The notes below the pieces were generated by a model. It was not told the DNA's origin. It did no database searches and was given only the letters and a program-made list of their open reading frames with translations. A program made the position numbers and the translations under genes. A stretch of 64,000 bases of DNA from an uncultured Desulfatitalea sp. (GTDB lineage: Bacteria > Desulfobacterota > Desulfobacteria > Desulfobacterales > Desulfosarcinaceae), in contig CAXXMB010000002.1 in assembly GCA_963668675.2 (NCBI GenBank), positions 288,001-352,000 on the forward strand, read 5' to 3'. Of the stretch, positions 21,724-32,700 are shown in pieces (positions within the stretch are counted from its first letter, which is position 1; each line of letters starts with the position of its first letter).

Positions 21724-22245
21724 ATGTTTTCCATTCTGATCGGAGACACCGACAACTTCAAAAGCATAAACGACTGGAATGACCACGACTCGGGAGACCG
21801 GGTCCTGGTGCGCACCGCCAACCATCTGCGGAAGGCTCTGCGCTCCCAGGATGTCACGGCGCGCCGGGTTGGAGAGAAGTTTCTGTCCCTGCTTCCCGAC
21901 ACCGACCTCAAGGGTGCCACAACACTGGCCGAGCGAATCCGGAGCACGGTTGGCGCCCCCCCTTGCACCTTGACGCAAAAGCCGATATCACTCTTATTAA
22001 ACCGGCAATTAAATAGGCCAACCTTTGTCATCCCGGACTTGATCCGGGATCCAGGAACGGTCTGGATTCCGGTCTGCTCCGGAATGACGATTGCTAAGGT
22101 AATTAATTGCCGGGTTAATAGCATGACGATAGGCGTCAGCACCTACCGCGGAGATGGAAACATTTATACCTGCATCTCTCGGGCAGGCCAGGCGATATAT
22201 CAAGGCAAAGCGACCGGAAAAAATCGGGTTGTAAACGCGGAATAG
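21724..22245 (+). pseudogene. Degenerate GGDEF-domain relic interrupted by a 126-bp element
   Basis: DTDNFKSIND..H.SGDRVL and KATGKNRV are GGDEF-like, but the active motif reads RRVGEKF, no sensor domain is present, and 42 foreign codons are inserted. Confidence 0.75.
21995..22120. mobile_element. MITE-like palindromic element A
   Basis: 18-bp terminal inverted repeats TATTAAACCGGCAATTAA / TTAATTGCCGGGTTAATA (1 mismatch) around core GTCATCCCGGACTTGATCCGGGATCCAG...CTGGATTCCGGTCTGCTCCGGAATGAC. Confidence 0.8.
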
Positions 22246-22260
22246 ACCAAAGGCCCCCAA

Positions 22261-22659
22261 ATGGAACCCACCCACGCCGGCGCAGTCTGCTGCCTTTTGA
22301 CCGCGCACCAGATTCAATTTCTCATCGTCTCCTCCTCCACAGGAGAACACTGGGTCCTACCCAAAGGACACATCGAACCCGGAGAGCATACCGAGGCGGC
22401 CGCTCTACGCGAACTAAAGGAGGAGGCCGGCATTGATGGGGAGATCATCAAACCATTGAAGATGAGACCCTTCGATAAGAGAGGAGAAAAAGCCGTTGTC
22501 CAGTACTATCTCGTACAAGCCGTCGATGAGTCGGAAGCGATCGAAAACAGGGTCGTAAGGTGGGTGGAGGAATCCGAGGCTTTGGCGCTGTTATCCTTTG
22601 AAGAGGCACGCCAAGCCCTGTGTGAAGGCGCCCGATTGATCCATCTATCTTTTAGCTGA
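22261..22659 (+). CDS. NUDIX hydrolase
   Basis: Nudix box GHIEPGEHTEAAALRELKEEAG. Confidence 0.9.
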   Translation: MEPTHAGAVCCLLTAHQIQFLIVSSSTGEHWVLPKGHIEPGEHTEAAALRELKEEAGIDGEIIKPLKMRPFDKRGEKAVVQYYLVQAVDESEAIENRVVRWVEESEALALLSFEEARQALCEGARLIHLSFS

Positions 22660-22885
22660 TCTATTTTGTGATTTTGTCGTGGTTATTAAAGATGCCGTTC
22701 ACGCTTCTCCAGGCTACATCGCAACAAACAACATCTTTAAAAAACCCAATGGAGGTGCGGCAGACAGGGAACAGGAGCCCCCATGCGACGATGCTCTCTG
22801 CCTGCCCACCGGCGCACACCATCACAGGCCCTTACCTTTATATCAAGTCTAAATACACTTCCATTGGAATAGATAGTAAACGGAA

Positions 22886-24385
22886 TTACTTCTGAGCAAC
22901 AGGAATGTAAACGGAAAACGTACTCCCTTTGCCAATCTCGCTCTTCACCTCGATATGCCCGTAGTGGGACTCCACTATCTTCTTGACAATGGGCAACCCC
23001 AATCCGGTGCCGATGACGAAACGGGTCTTCTCGTTTTTAGCCCGGAAAAACCGCGTGAATATCTTCTCCAGATCCTCGGCGGCGATGCCGTAACCGGTAT
23101 CGGAAACCTTCATAATGACAAAATCGCCATTGCATTCGGCCGACAACACCACCCGGCCGTTTTCGGGAGTGTAGTTGATCGCATTGGTGATCAGGTTGGA
23201 AAGCACCTCTTCCATGTTCATGCGATTGGCCAGGACCGGGGGCAACTCCGGCAACGAGGTCAACTCAAGGGAGATATTTTTGGCCTGGGCTTTTGACAGG
23301 TGAAAAGCCGCCTGGTCGGCCAGAATCGGCGCCAGTTGGAGATTCTCTTTCTCCATGGTGATCAGGCCGGACTCCATTTTGGCCAGATCGAGCAGTTCGC
23401 TGGAGAGATCGACCAGCGCACTGATCTTGTCGTAAGCACGGGTCAGAATTTCGCGCTGCTTCTCTGTGATTTCGCCAGCCAACTCATCGAGAATGACCTT
23501 GTGCTGCATGAGCACCGAGTTGAGCGGGCCACGGATCTCATGGCTGACCATGGCAACGAACTCCGATTTCATCTGATCCATGCGCTTCAGGGCCGTGATA
23601 TCATGCAGGACGGTGATGGTGCCCAGGTTGCGACCCAATCTATCCCGAAACGGCACACAGCGGACGTCGATGATGCGCTCCTCACCGTCAGACTCCGAAG
23701 TGACCGTAATCTCATCGGTGATTTCGGCGAACTGATCTTCGGGCATGGCCAGCGCCTCTTCTATCATGGCAAGAATCTTTTGATCCGCAACCAGTTCGCC
23801 CACCGGCTTTCCGATTGGGCTGGCACCGCGGAAATTGATAAGATTCATGAAGGCATGATTGGCCAGGGCAACCAGCTGGCAGTTGTCCGTTGCCATGACA
23901 CCTCCGGCCAGATGGTTGATCATTGTACGGACGCGCGACTTTTCGTTGGCAATATCCTCCAGGGTACGAATATGGTCGATGGCCTTGTTGACCACCAGGC
24001 GCAGATCCTGGGGAGAAAACGGTTTGGAGATAAAATCAAAGGCGCCGCTTTTCATGGCGTTGATGGCGTGGTCCAGCGTGGCATAACCGGTAATGACAAT
24101 CACCACAGTGTCCGGATGAAGCTCTCGAATGTGGCCCAAGGCCTCAAGACCGGACATTCCCGGCATCAGCAGATCCAGCAGTACGATGTCGAAATGGCGC
24201 TTTGCTACCATCTCTAGACCCAGATTTGCATTTTCGGCCTGGGCCACATCATACCCCTCGTGGGTGAGCATCTTGGAGCAGACATGGCGTATGCGCTCCT
24301 CGTCATCGACAATCAAGACACTGAGCTTATCAAAATTTTCCAGGCATACATCGCTTGCCAAAGGTGCTTTCTCGTTTGGTGCCAC
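22886..24385 (-). CDS. REC-PAS-histidine kinase
   Basis: N-terminal receiver VDDE/LLDLLMP, VSHEIRGPL H-box, GTGLGL. Confidence 0.92.
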   Translation of the reverse strand: MAPNEKAPLASDVCLENFDKLSVLIVDDEERIRHVCSKMLTHEGYDVAQAENANLGLEMVAKRHFDIVLLDLLMPGMSGLEALGHIRELHPDTVVIVITGYATLDHAINAMKSGAFDFISKPFSPQDLRLVVNKAIDHIRTLEDIANEKSRVRTMINHLAGGVMATDNCQLVALANHAFMNLINFRGASPIGKPVGELVADQKILAMIEEALAMPEDQFAEITDEITVTSESDGEERIIDVRCVPFRDRLGRNLGTITVLHDITALKRMDQMKSEFVAMVSHEIRGPLNSVLMQHKVILDELAGEITEKQREILTRAYDKISALVDLSSELLDLAKMESGLITMEKENLQLAPILADQAAFHLSKAQAKNISLELTSLPELPPVLANRMNMEEVLSNLITNAINYTPENGRVVLSAECNGDFVIMKVSDTGYGIAAEDLEKIFTRFFRAKNEKTRFVIGTGLGLPIVKKIVESHYGHIEVKSEIGKGSTFSVYIPVAQK

Positions 24386-24416
24386 AAGTTTTTTCCTTCG
24401 TCTGAATCGTAAGAGT

Positions 24417-25931
24417 CTATCTATACGGTTCTAAATCCGGATCGAAATCCAGCTCCTGAGCGCTGGCATAGAGTTCAAATTCGATGAGGAAGGTCGTGCC
24501 GGCGCCGCTGGTCTCCTTTACGCGAATATCCCCCCTGTTCTCTTTAACCAGCCCATAGGCGGTGCTCAATCCCAGGCCCGTGCCCTGGTCCGGCGCCTTG
24601 GTGGTATAAAATGGATCGAAAATCTTGGAGAGGTCCTCACTGGCAATGCCGCAACCGGTATCTGCGATCTCCAGATACGCTTTGCCTTCGCCCTTGTTCC
24701 GGTAGGTCCGCAACGTCAACCGGCCGGACGAATTCATGGCGTGGACCGCATTGATCACCAGGTTGATGATCACTTGGCTGATCTGGTTCTTGTCCACATG
24801 CAACAGCATCATCTCATCGGAAAAGTCGCGATCGATCTCTACATTCTGGAACATCTTCGGGTCACGGATCAGATTCAGGCTCTGGTCCACTATCGTGTTG
24901 AGCTGAATGATGTCTTTCATGGGACTGGATTGCCGGCTGTAGGCCAGCAAGTGCTGCACGATATCCCGGCAGCGCTTCACATCCTCGATCACCGCCTCCA
25001 CATCAGCCCGCTCCTCATCCTCCTGGGACATGCCCTCCAGTTTGAGGGTCGCATAAAAGAGGATACCGGTGAGCGGATTGTTGATCTCGTGAGCCACGCC
25101 AGCCGCCAACTGTCCTAATGAGGCCATCTTCTCGGACTGGGCCAACTGGGCCTGGGCCTCCTTGAGTTGCTTTTCGACGGCTATCTTCTCGCGCAAATCG
25201 GTATAGATACCGACAGTGGCAACCTCTTCGTCATCTTCGTAAATGATTGAGGCGGTCAACTCCACAGGAATTTCATCGCCCCGGGCATTGAGAATCGATG
25301 TTTTGATACTCGGCAGCTTGCCTTGCCCCTCCTTGAGGTAGTGCATAATCTGGCTGGCTTGCCCCTCGGGATAGAGCTGGTTTGCGGTGATATGACGAAC
25401 GGCAAAAGGATTGCTATAACCGAACAACGCTTCGGCGGCCGGATTCATCAGCAGAATATGGCCATACCGGTCCGCGGCCACGATGGCAATGGGGGAGCCG
25501 AGAATGACCTTCTCCAAGAACGCTTCAGTCTCTTTGAGGGCCAGTTCAAGGTTCTTCTGGCGGGTGACATCACGGACACTCTCCATGATATAAGCCACTT
25601 CACCATCGTCGTCGAGGATGGGCGAGAAGACCCTGTCCTCGTAGACCCGCTTGCCGGTGAGGGTGGTATGGCGCCTCATAATGGAGGTGCCGCTCTTTTC
25701 ACTGAGCACCTTTGGGAACGGACATACTTCGTTGGGGCAGGCTGCGCTGCCGTAAAACACCTCGTGGCATTGTTTGCCGATGATCTTATCCAACTCGACG
25801 TTGTGTCGCTGCAGGAACACCTGGTTGGCGGTGAGAATCACCTTTTCCGGCGTCAGGATGAGGGTTGGAAACGACAACGAGTCGAATACCCGCAGACGCC
25901 AGTCGAGCTCATCCATTAGCTTCTGATTCAT
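24417..25931 (-). CDS. Two-PAS histidine kinase (NtrB-like)
   Basis: VAHEINNPL, FYTTK, GTGLGL; Cys-containing first PAS. Confidence 0.92.
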   Translation of the reverse strand: MNQKLMDELDWRLRVFDSLSFPTLILTPEKVILTANQVFLQRHNVELDKIIGKQCHEVFYGSAACPNEVCPFPKVLSEKSGTSIMRRHTTLTGKRVYEDRVFSPILDDDGEVAYIMESVRDVTRQKNLELALKETEAFLEKVILGSPIAIVAADRYGHILLMNPAAEALFGYSNPFAVRHITANQLYPEGQASQIMHYLKEGQGKLPSIKTSILNARGDEIPVELTASIIYEDDEEVATVGIYTDLREKIAVEKQLKEAQAQLAQSEKMASLGQLAAGVAHEINNPLTGILFYATLKLEGMSQEDEERADVEAVIEDVKRCRDIVQHLLAYSRQSSPMKDIIQLNTIVDQSLNLIRDPKMFQNVEIDRDFSDEMMLLHVDKNQISQVIINLVINAVHAMNSSGRLTLRTYRNKGEGKAYLEIADTGCGIASEDLSKIFDPFYTTKAPDQGTGLGLSTAYGLVKENRGDIRVKETSGAGTTFLIEFELYASAQELDFDPDLEPYR

Positions 25932-25995
25932 CGTTTCGCATCCAGATCCGCTGATTCAAATCGATAGAAGCGCCGACATCCACTCCATCGGGCCC

Positions 25996-26508
25996 CTATG
26001 TATCAACCGTGCGGGGAATTTCGAACGAGGCCGCCAATATCGTCTTTGCCCGCTCTCCCTGCCCGGCCGGCAGAACCAAATAGATGGTCGCCACCGAGCA
26101 GGCCATCGCTAAAAGCGGCACCCTGGCCCTGGAGAGCGGCGCCAAGGCATAATCGAGCACACCATATCGATCGCCATAGTGGGGCCCCTGGAAAAAGAGC
26201 AAATCGACCTTCTCGGCCTCACGCATCTCATCGATGGTGCCAAGATGCGCGTGGCGTTCCAGAAAGGGCTGTACCCTACTCCAATGGTTATCGTCACACA
26301 ACAGAAAAAATTTGACCGATTCCATCTCCCCGGTTTGGGCCCAAACCAGCCGAAAGGCCGGTTCGTGATCCACCATCGACTGCAGGGCCTGACCCCACTT
26401 GCCCATATCGGCCGGCGCGATGCCGATCCGGCACAGGCGCAACCCTTCGACCAGGTTGAATCCGTAAGTTCGAATTCTCGATTCCCAGTAGACGGCGATG
26501 GTCTCCAT
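25996..26508 (-). CDS. Hypothetical protein with ACT-like C-terminal domain
   Basis: Start METIAVYWES; C-terminal GPHYGDRYGV...L...V.LLAMACS..TIYLVL resembles aspartokinase-type ACT. Confidence 0.6.
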   Translation of the reverse strand: METIAVYWESRIRTYGFNLVEGLRLCRIGIAPADMGKWGQALQSMVDHEPAFRLVWAQTGEMESVKFFLLCDDNHWSRVQPFLERHAHLGTIDEMREAEKVDLLFFQGPHYGDRYGVLDYALAPLSRARVPLLAMACSVATIYLVLPAGQGERAKTILAASFEIPRTVDT

Positions 26509-26563
26509 CGTCACCTGTCCATCCCCGGGCTGTTGTGGATCGCCGCATGATCTGCCCGACAGG

Positions 26564-27082
26564 TCATAACGGCCGCCTCTCCTGCCTGACTCTGAAATCG
26601 GACTTGGGAGGCGAAACATTGGCGGGAAGCGCGAAGGTTTCGGTAAGCAGGCGCCCGGCATCCTCCAGACGATCGGAATCGACCACGAAACTGAGGGCGG
26701 CAATCGAAGAGGCCATTCCGTGGACCCTGATGCCGTTCTGGCTGAACACTTGCAGGGCCAACCCCATGAGTTTTAAACTGAAATGGTGCGGATAGAAAGT
26801 GATCACCCCCACGCTGCCGCCAAAGCGCACGCTCCCCGCCAGCTCTTCGCTCCGCTCGATCCACTCAGCGGCCACCGCTTGGTCTTTAGGGTCGATGCAG
26901 CACAATGCCGGCTGTGGATCGATCACGCTGGTCGATGTCATGAAGGCAATGTTGATCTCGGTTTTTGCAAGTAGCCTGCAAAACAGGGAGAGACGGTCAA
27001 CGGTCTGATCCTCTTCGTGAACCCAGATCGCAATCAGGGGTTCGCTCAGTTTCAGGCCGTTGATGGAAGGTTCTTTGGTCAT
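26564..27082 (-). CDS. Tandem ACT-domain protein (aspartokinase regulatory-like)
   Basis: LLAKTEINIAFM and VFSQNGIRVHGMASSIAALSFVV match the ACT pattern. Confidence 0.7.
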   Translation of the reverse strand: MTKEPSINGLKLSEPLIAIWVHEEDQTVDRLSLFCRLLAKTEINIAFMTSTSVIDPQPALCCIDPKDQAVAAEWIERSEELAGSVRFGGSVGVITFYPHHFSLKLMGLALQVFSQNGIRVHGMASSIAALSFVVDSDRLEDAGRLLTETFALPANVSPPKSDFRVRQERRPL

Positions 27083-27286
27083 ATCAAAGACCAGCCGCAA
27101 TTACGAACGCGGTCGACCGCTGAATGGTTACCCGATGCAGGCACGGCAGGTATACCCTGAAGAACCAGGGGGGAGTTGGTAAAACGGCATATTTCACCGG
27201 CAACCCCGCAATGCGGGGCCGCCGGTGAAGAAAAAGACAAAAAAGATGCCGGGCCTGGTCGTTGATCCTGATCTTTACGGCTGTGA

Positions 27287-27670
27287 TTAAAGACTGTCCT
27301 CGACAATCTCCATCAGCTTGTCCAGATCGATCGGCTTGGGAATAAAATCGTCGGCCAGGGTATTTTTTCCGTCCATGTGGGTGTAGCTTGTGTTGGAGAC
27401 CGCATCGGCCACAGCTGTGAGCAGGACCACCACGATATCCTTGTAGTCGGGATCGTTTTTGATCTCATTGCAGAGCACATACCCATTTTTGCGGGGCATC
27501 ATGACGTCCAGAATGACCAGCGCCGGCCGCTCAGCCTTGATCTTGTCCCAGGCTTCCACGCCGTCATAAGCTTTTGCCACTCGGAACTGGCGGCTCTCCA
27601 GTTTCATGGCAACCGATTCAACCAAATCCGGGTCATCGTCGACCACCAATATCAATTGATTGCTGCTCAT
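27287..27670 (-). CDS. Single-domain response regulator
   Basis: VVDDD, ILDVMMP, KP. Confidence 0.93.
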   Translation of the reverse strand: MSSNQLILVVDDDPDLVESVAMKLESRQFRVAKAYDGVEAWDKIKAERPALVILDVMMPRKNGYVLCNEIKNDPDYKDIVVVLLTAVADAVSNTSYTHMDGKNTLADDFIPKPIDLDKLMEIVEDSL

Positions 27671-27730
27671 GTAATAAACCTCCTTAGGCGATGTTTATTA
27701 TTGGCGATAGGCCGGGCCGGTTCAATGACG

Positions 27731-28654
27731 CTATACTTCCGGCCGCGGGTAGAGTCCTGACCGTTCAACGATTTCAGGCACCGCCGATTCCCACTCAATG
27801 GCCATGATGTGAACCCCGGAAACCCCCTCGATATCGAGCACGCGCTTGATGGTCTCCACGCAGATATCGATGCCTTCCTGGGCCTGCTTCTCTTTGGGTG
27901 TCTTGGCCATGCGATCTACCAGTTCGGCAGGTACGTCCATGCCGGGCACCTTGTTTCTCATGTATCTGGCAGCACCCACCGACTTCATTGGGGTGATACC
28001 GGCCATGATGAAGGTCTCTTTGTGCAGACCGCGCTCCCGTACACCTTCCATCCACTTCTCGAACTTGTCAATATTGAAAATGCACTGGGTCTGGATGAAT
28101 TCGGCACCGGCCCTCACCTTTTTGGCCAGACGGGCCACCCGCAGCTCAAAAGGATCGGCAAAGGGGTTGGCCGCCGCGCCGACGAACATCTTGGGGGCTT
28201 CCTTAATATCGGCACCGCCGTGAAACTTGCCCTCGTCACGCATCTTGCGCACCATTTGGATCAACTGAACCGAATCCAAATCAAACACACCCGATGCCAT
28301 GGGATGATCTCCGAACTGCATATGATCACCGGACAAGCATAGCATGGTATTGATGCCATGTGAATACGCGCCGATAATATCTGCCTGCATGGCCAGTCGA
28401 TTGCGGTCCCGGCACACCATCTGCAATACTGGGTGCATCTCCACCTGACGCAAAATCATACTGGCGGCAAAGCTGGACATACGCACCATGGCCGTCTGGT
28501 TATCGGTGATGTTCACGGCGTCCACATAGCCGCGCAGCAGCTCTGCTTTCTCTTTCACCTTGTCCGGCATACAGCCCCTGGGGGGACCGCACTCGCCGGT
28601 GACGCCCACATGGCCTGCTTTCATCACTTTTTCTAATACGCTTTCTGTAGTCAT
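27731..28654 (-). CDS. metF: Methylenetetrahydrofolate reductase catalytic subunit
   Basis: ECGPP, CRDRNR, LSGD, IQTQ motifs; ATG overlaps the metV stop codon. Confidence 0.92.
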   Translation of the reverse strand: MTTESVLEKVMKAGHVGVTGECGPPRGCMPDKVKEKAELLRGYVDAVNITDNQTAMVRMSSFAASMILRQVEMHPVLQMVCRDRNRLAMQADIIGAYSHGINTMLCLSGDHMQFGDHPMASGVFDLDSVQLIQMVRKMRDEGKFHGGADIKEAPKMFVGAAANPFADPFELRVARLAKKVRAGAEFIQTQCIFNIDKFEKWMEGVRERGLHKETFIMAGITPMKSVGAARYMRNKVPGMDVPAELVDRMAKTPKEKQAQEGIDICVETIKRVLDIEGVSGVHIMAIEWESAVPEIVERSGLYPRPEV

Positions 28655-29319
28655 TGTGCCAAATCCTCTCTCACAATCTTGCGAGGTCCGCCGCCCCGTT
28701 CCGTGCTCCAATCCTTAGCCTCGATGATCTCTTCGTAACGATCTTCGATACCCAGCTCTTTCATCCGATCCCAAATCAGCTGCCAAACGCAATCGATCTC
28801 GTCACTGACCTCGCATTTGCCGCCGCTGGAACCGCCGCAGGGGCCATTGAGCAGCCGCTTGGAGCAGCGTGCGATCGGGCAGATGCCGCCGGTCAGCCCG
28901 AGCAGGCAGTTGCCGCATCCATGACAACGCTCCGCCCAAACACCCGGGCGTTCCGTCGCACCCATAAACTTGGTATTGACGGCCGGATAGATGCGCTTGT
29001 CCCGGAAGCGCCGCACCACCTCCTGCACGCCGCAGCCGCAGGCCATCGACAAAACGGCGTCGACCTGACCGATAAACGGTGCCAACTGCTCCACGTACTC
29101 CGGATCGCACTGGCGCTCCAGGGTCATCTCCCGAATCTCCAGGGTCTTTCCCCGTTTCATGAAATCCATTTGCAGGGCGGAGGCCAGCATGGCCACCTCC
29201 TTGCGTCCACCGGCCGAACAGACCGTCACGCACTCGTTGCACCCGACCAGGAGGACGCGTCGACAGTCGTCGATGCTGTCGATGATCTCCGCCAAGGGTT
29301 TTCGTTCTGCTGTAATCAT
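28651..29319 (-). CDS. metV: MetV (MTHFR C-terminal-domain Fe-S protein)
   Basis: GCNECVTVC, RQC, ACGCG, CHGCGNC...CPIARCSKRLLNGPCGG...CEV...CVW. Confidence 0.9.
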   Translation of the reverse strand: MITAERKPLAEIIDSIDDCRRVLLVGCNECVTVCSAGGRKEVAMLASALQMDFMKRGKTLEIREMTLERQCDPEYVEQLAPFIGQVDAVLSMACGCGVQEVVRRFRDKRIYPAVNTKFMGATERPGVWAERCHGCGNCLLGLTGGICPIARCSKRLLNGPCGGSSGGKCEVSDEIDCVWQLIWDRMKELGIEDRYEEIIEAKDWSTERGGGPRKIVREDLAQ

Positions 29320-29344
29320 GATCGTCTACTCTCCTTTATTTGTC

Positions 29345-29791
29345 CTATGCGACCTTGTCCGCGGCAGGTTGTGCCTTCAAAGCAGCACCGACGGGATTGG
29401 GCCCCAAATTTCTAATCTCTTCCGTGAATTCATTGGCGATCTGGGCAAAACGAGTCCCCATGCCGGCCGACATGGTCACCATGGTCAGCCGCTCGGGTTC
29501 GATGCCGATCTCTTCGAGCAGCTTCTGAACGAAGGCGACCCGTTTGGCTGCCTTGGTGTTGCCGTTTTTAAAATGGCAATCGCCGTCCAGGCAACCGGCG
29601 ACCATCACGCCGTCAGCTCCCTTTTCCAGTGCTTTCATCATATGGATCGTATCCACCTTGCCGCTGCAGGGCACCCGGACGATCTTTACATTGGTCGGGT
29701 AGCTGAGGCGCATGGTCCCCGCCATGTCGGCGGCGGTGTATGCGCAGTAGTGGCAGCAGAAGGCCACAATAACGGGTTCAAATTTTTCCAT
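29345..29791 (-). CDS. mvhD: MvhD/FlpD [2Fe-2S] subunit
   Basis: FCCHYCAY, VPCSG, GCLDGDCHF; start overlaps the hdrA stop. Confidence 0.95.
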   Translation of the reverse strand: MEKFEPVIVAFCCHYCAYTAADMAGTMRLSYPTNVKIVRVPCSGKVDTIHMMKALEKGADGVMVAGCLDGDCHFKNGNTKAAKRVAFVQKLLEEIGIEPERLTMVTMSAGMGTRFAQIANEFTEEIRNLGPNPVGAALKAQPAADKVA

Positions 29792-32700
29792 CAGGCTATC
29801 CTTTCGAGCAATCCTTCAAGTTTGGCCAAAATCGGTTCGTCTTCAAAGCACGACAGCTGAATCGCCTTGGCCGGGCATTCGGCCGCGCAGATACCGCATC
29901 CGTGACACTTGGCAGGATCGATTTCCGAATAACGGTCTTCATTGATAAACGGTACATTGTAGGGACACGCACGCACGCAGGCCAGACAGGTGGCGCACTT
30001 TTCCGGTTCTACACGGGCTACCACCGCCCCCAGATTGATCGTATCCTGGGCCAGCATGGCCTGGACACGGGCCGCTGTGGCCTGGGCCTGGGCGATGCTC
30101 TCGCGGATACTGCGCGGGGAGTGGGCTGTGCCGGCCACGAAGAATCCCGGCACCGACATGTCCACCGGTTTGAGCTTCACATGATCTTCGAGGAACTGTC
30201 CGTCTTCCGTTCGGTTCAGATGGAAGATGGCCGACAGATCTTCGGTGCTTTCGTCGTCGGGCAGCAAACCGGTGCTCAGCACCAGCCGGTCGGCCGTCAC
30301 TTCGACCTGGCGTCCTAAAACAGGATCGGTAAACTTCACCGCCACCTTATCCCCGGCCGCTTCCACCTCGGGAAGTGCATCGGTTTCATAACGAACGAAA
30401 ATGACCCCTCGGCGACGGGCCTCGATGTAAGCATCCTCGCTGAAACCGTAAGTACGCATATCGCGATAGAGAACGAAAATCTGCATCCCGGGGTTAAGGT
30501 CCAACAGCCGCAAGGCGTTCTTCATGGCCGTCTGGCAGCAGATACGGGAGCAGTTGGGGTTTTCCGGTATTCTGGAACCCACGCACTGAATCATCACCAG
30601 ACTCTCCCACGCTTCGATGGGTGCCGGAGTGTCTTCGATGAAATTGTCCAGATCGAGTTGGGTCATCACCGCCTGATGCTGATCGAGCAGGTACTGGCTG
30701 GGCCGGTTGGCCAATGCACCGGTGGCCATCACAGTGGCACCGTGTTCGATCTGGCGGTAGTACATCCGGGGGCCGATCTGAAAACCGGTGGTGAACTTGC
30801 CTGGCATACCCCCATGGTCGACCACGATGGCGTTGGTGATCACCTCGATCATATCGTGGCCGTTGACCTGCTCGATGAGCTGTTCGATATAGGCACGCAC
30901 ATCGTCACCCTCCAAGGTGCGCCGCACCACGGCAGCCAGGCCGCCAAGGCGGCCGTTGCGTTCGGCCAGCACCACCTTGAAGCCCTGATCGGCCATCTCC
31001 AGGGCGGCATTCATGCCCGAGACACCGCCGCCGACCACCAGCACATCCTTGTTCATGGGCAACTGATGATCTTTGAGCGGTCCGGACTTGGCCACACTGG
31101 CAGCAGCCATGCGGACCAATTGCTTGGCCTTGGCCGTGGCCAGCTCAGGGGCACCGGCGTGTACCCAGGCATCTTGATCGCGAATGTTGGCGATCTCGAC
31201 CAGGTATTTGTTCAATCCGGCCTTGCGGATGGTCTCCTGAAACAAGGCTTCGTGGGTGCGCGGCGAACAGGCGCCGACCACCACGCGGTTGAGGTTCTTC
31301 TCCTTGATGGCCTCCTGCATTAGAACCAACGCCTCGCTGCCGCAACCATGGCCTGACATCTCGGCATGCACCACGTTGGGATATTTAGCTATATCGGCCA
31401 CGACCGCAGCTACATCGATAACGCCGCCAATGTTCTGGCCGCAATCGCAAACGAACACACCGATGCGCGGCTCTTCTCCGGCCACATCCTTTTCAGGCGG
31501 CAGGTCGTCAACAGGCGCAGCGGCTTCGTTTGTTTTGGCGGGCAGGTGCTTGGCGGCCATGCAGGCAGCCGCACTCGCCTGAACCATGGTTTCGGGAATA
31601 TCTTTCGGGCTCTCGAACACACCGCACACATAGACGCCCGGACGGTTGGTGGTCACAGGCTGAAAGCTTTCTGTCTTGGCAAAGCGGTGAGGGTTGAGCT
31701 CGACGCCCAGGGTTTCGGCCAACTGGGTGGTCTGCTCGGACGGTCGGAACCCCGTGGAGAGCACCACCATATCGAAGGTTTCGGTAATCATGCCCGACGC
31801 CTCTTCGGTGGCGTACGAGATGAGCAGGTCATCGCTCCCCTTTTCGGGAATGATGCTGTGGGGACGACAGCGGACCATACGGATACTGTAATCATCCTTG
31901 GCACGCTGATAGTAACCCTCGTAATCCTTGCCGAAGGTGCGCATGTCCATGTAGAAAATGGTTGTCTCGATGTCGTCCTGAAAGCGCTCCTTTGTCACGA
32001 TCGCCTCTTTGAGCGCGTACATGCAGCAGACGCTGGAGCAGTAGGAGACATCTTCGCGGTTGATGCCGCGCGATCCAGCGCATTGGATCCAGGCCACCCG
32101 CTTGGGCTGCTTCTTGTCCGACGGGCGCGTCAACTCTCCCAGGGTGGGACCCGAGGCCGACATGATCCGTTCATACTCGAGACCGGTCACCACGTTGGGC
32201 AGGCGTCCATGGCCGAAATGGTCCAGCTTGCCCGGATCGAAAAGATCGGCGCCGGTGGCCAGAACGATGGCGCTCACCTCACGGGTCAGCTGCCTCTCCT
32301 TGTCATCGACAACGATGGCACCCACCGGGCAACACTTGACCAGGCCCTCCACATCCTTGCAGGCGTCCATGTCGACGGAGAAGGCCTGGGGTGTGGCCTG
32401 GGGATAGCGCATACAGGTCGGTGCGCGGTGATCGAGACCGGGAATGAAGCGCACGCATTCGGGAAATTGTTTGTGGCACTCCCCGCACGCCGTGCACTTC
32501 TCTGTGTCGATGTAGCGCGGCGTACTGGTCAGGGTCACCTTGAAATTTCCGGCTTCACCGTCGACGCCGCTCAACTGGGTCAGCGGCATCAGATCGATGT
32601 GTTTTTGCCGGGAGCCGGAAGAGAGCCGCGGTGAAATGGTGCACAAATCACAGTTGTTGGTTGGGAAGGTGCGGTCCAGCTGGGTCATCAATCCGCCAAT

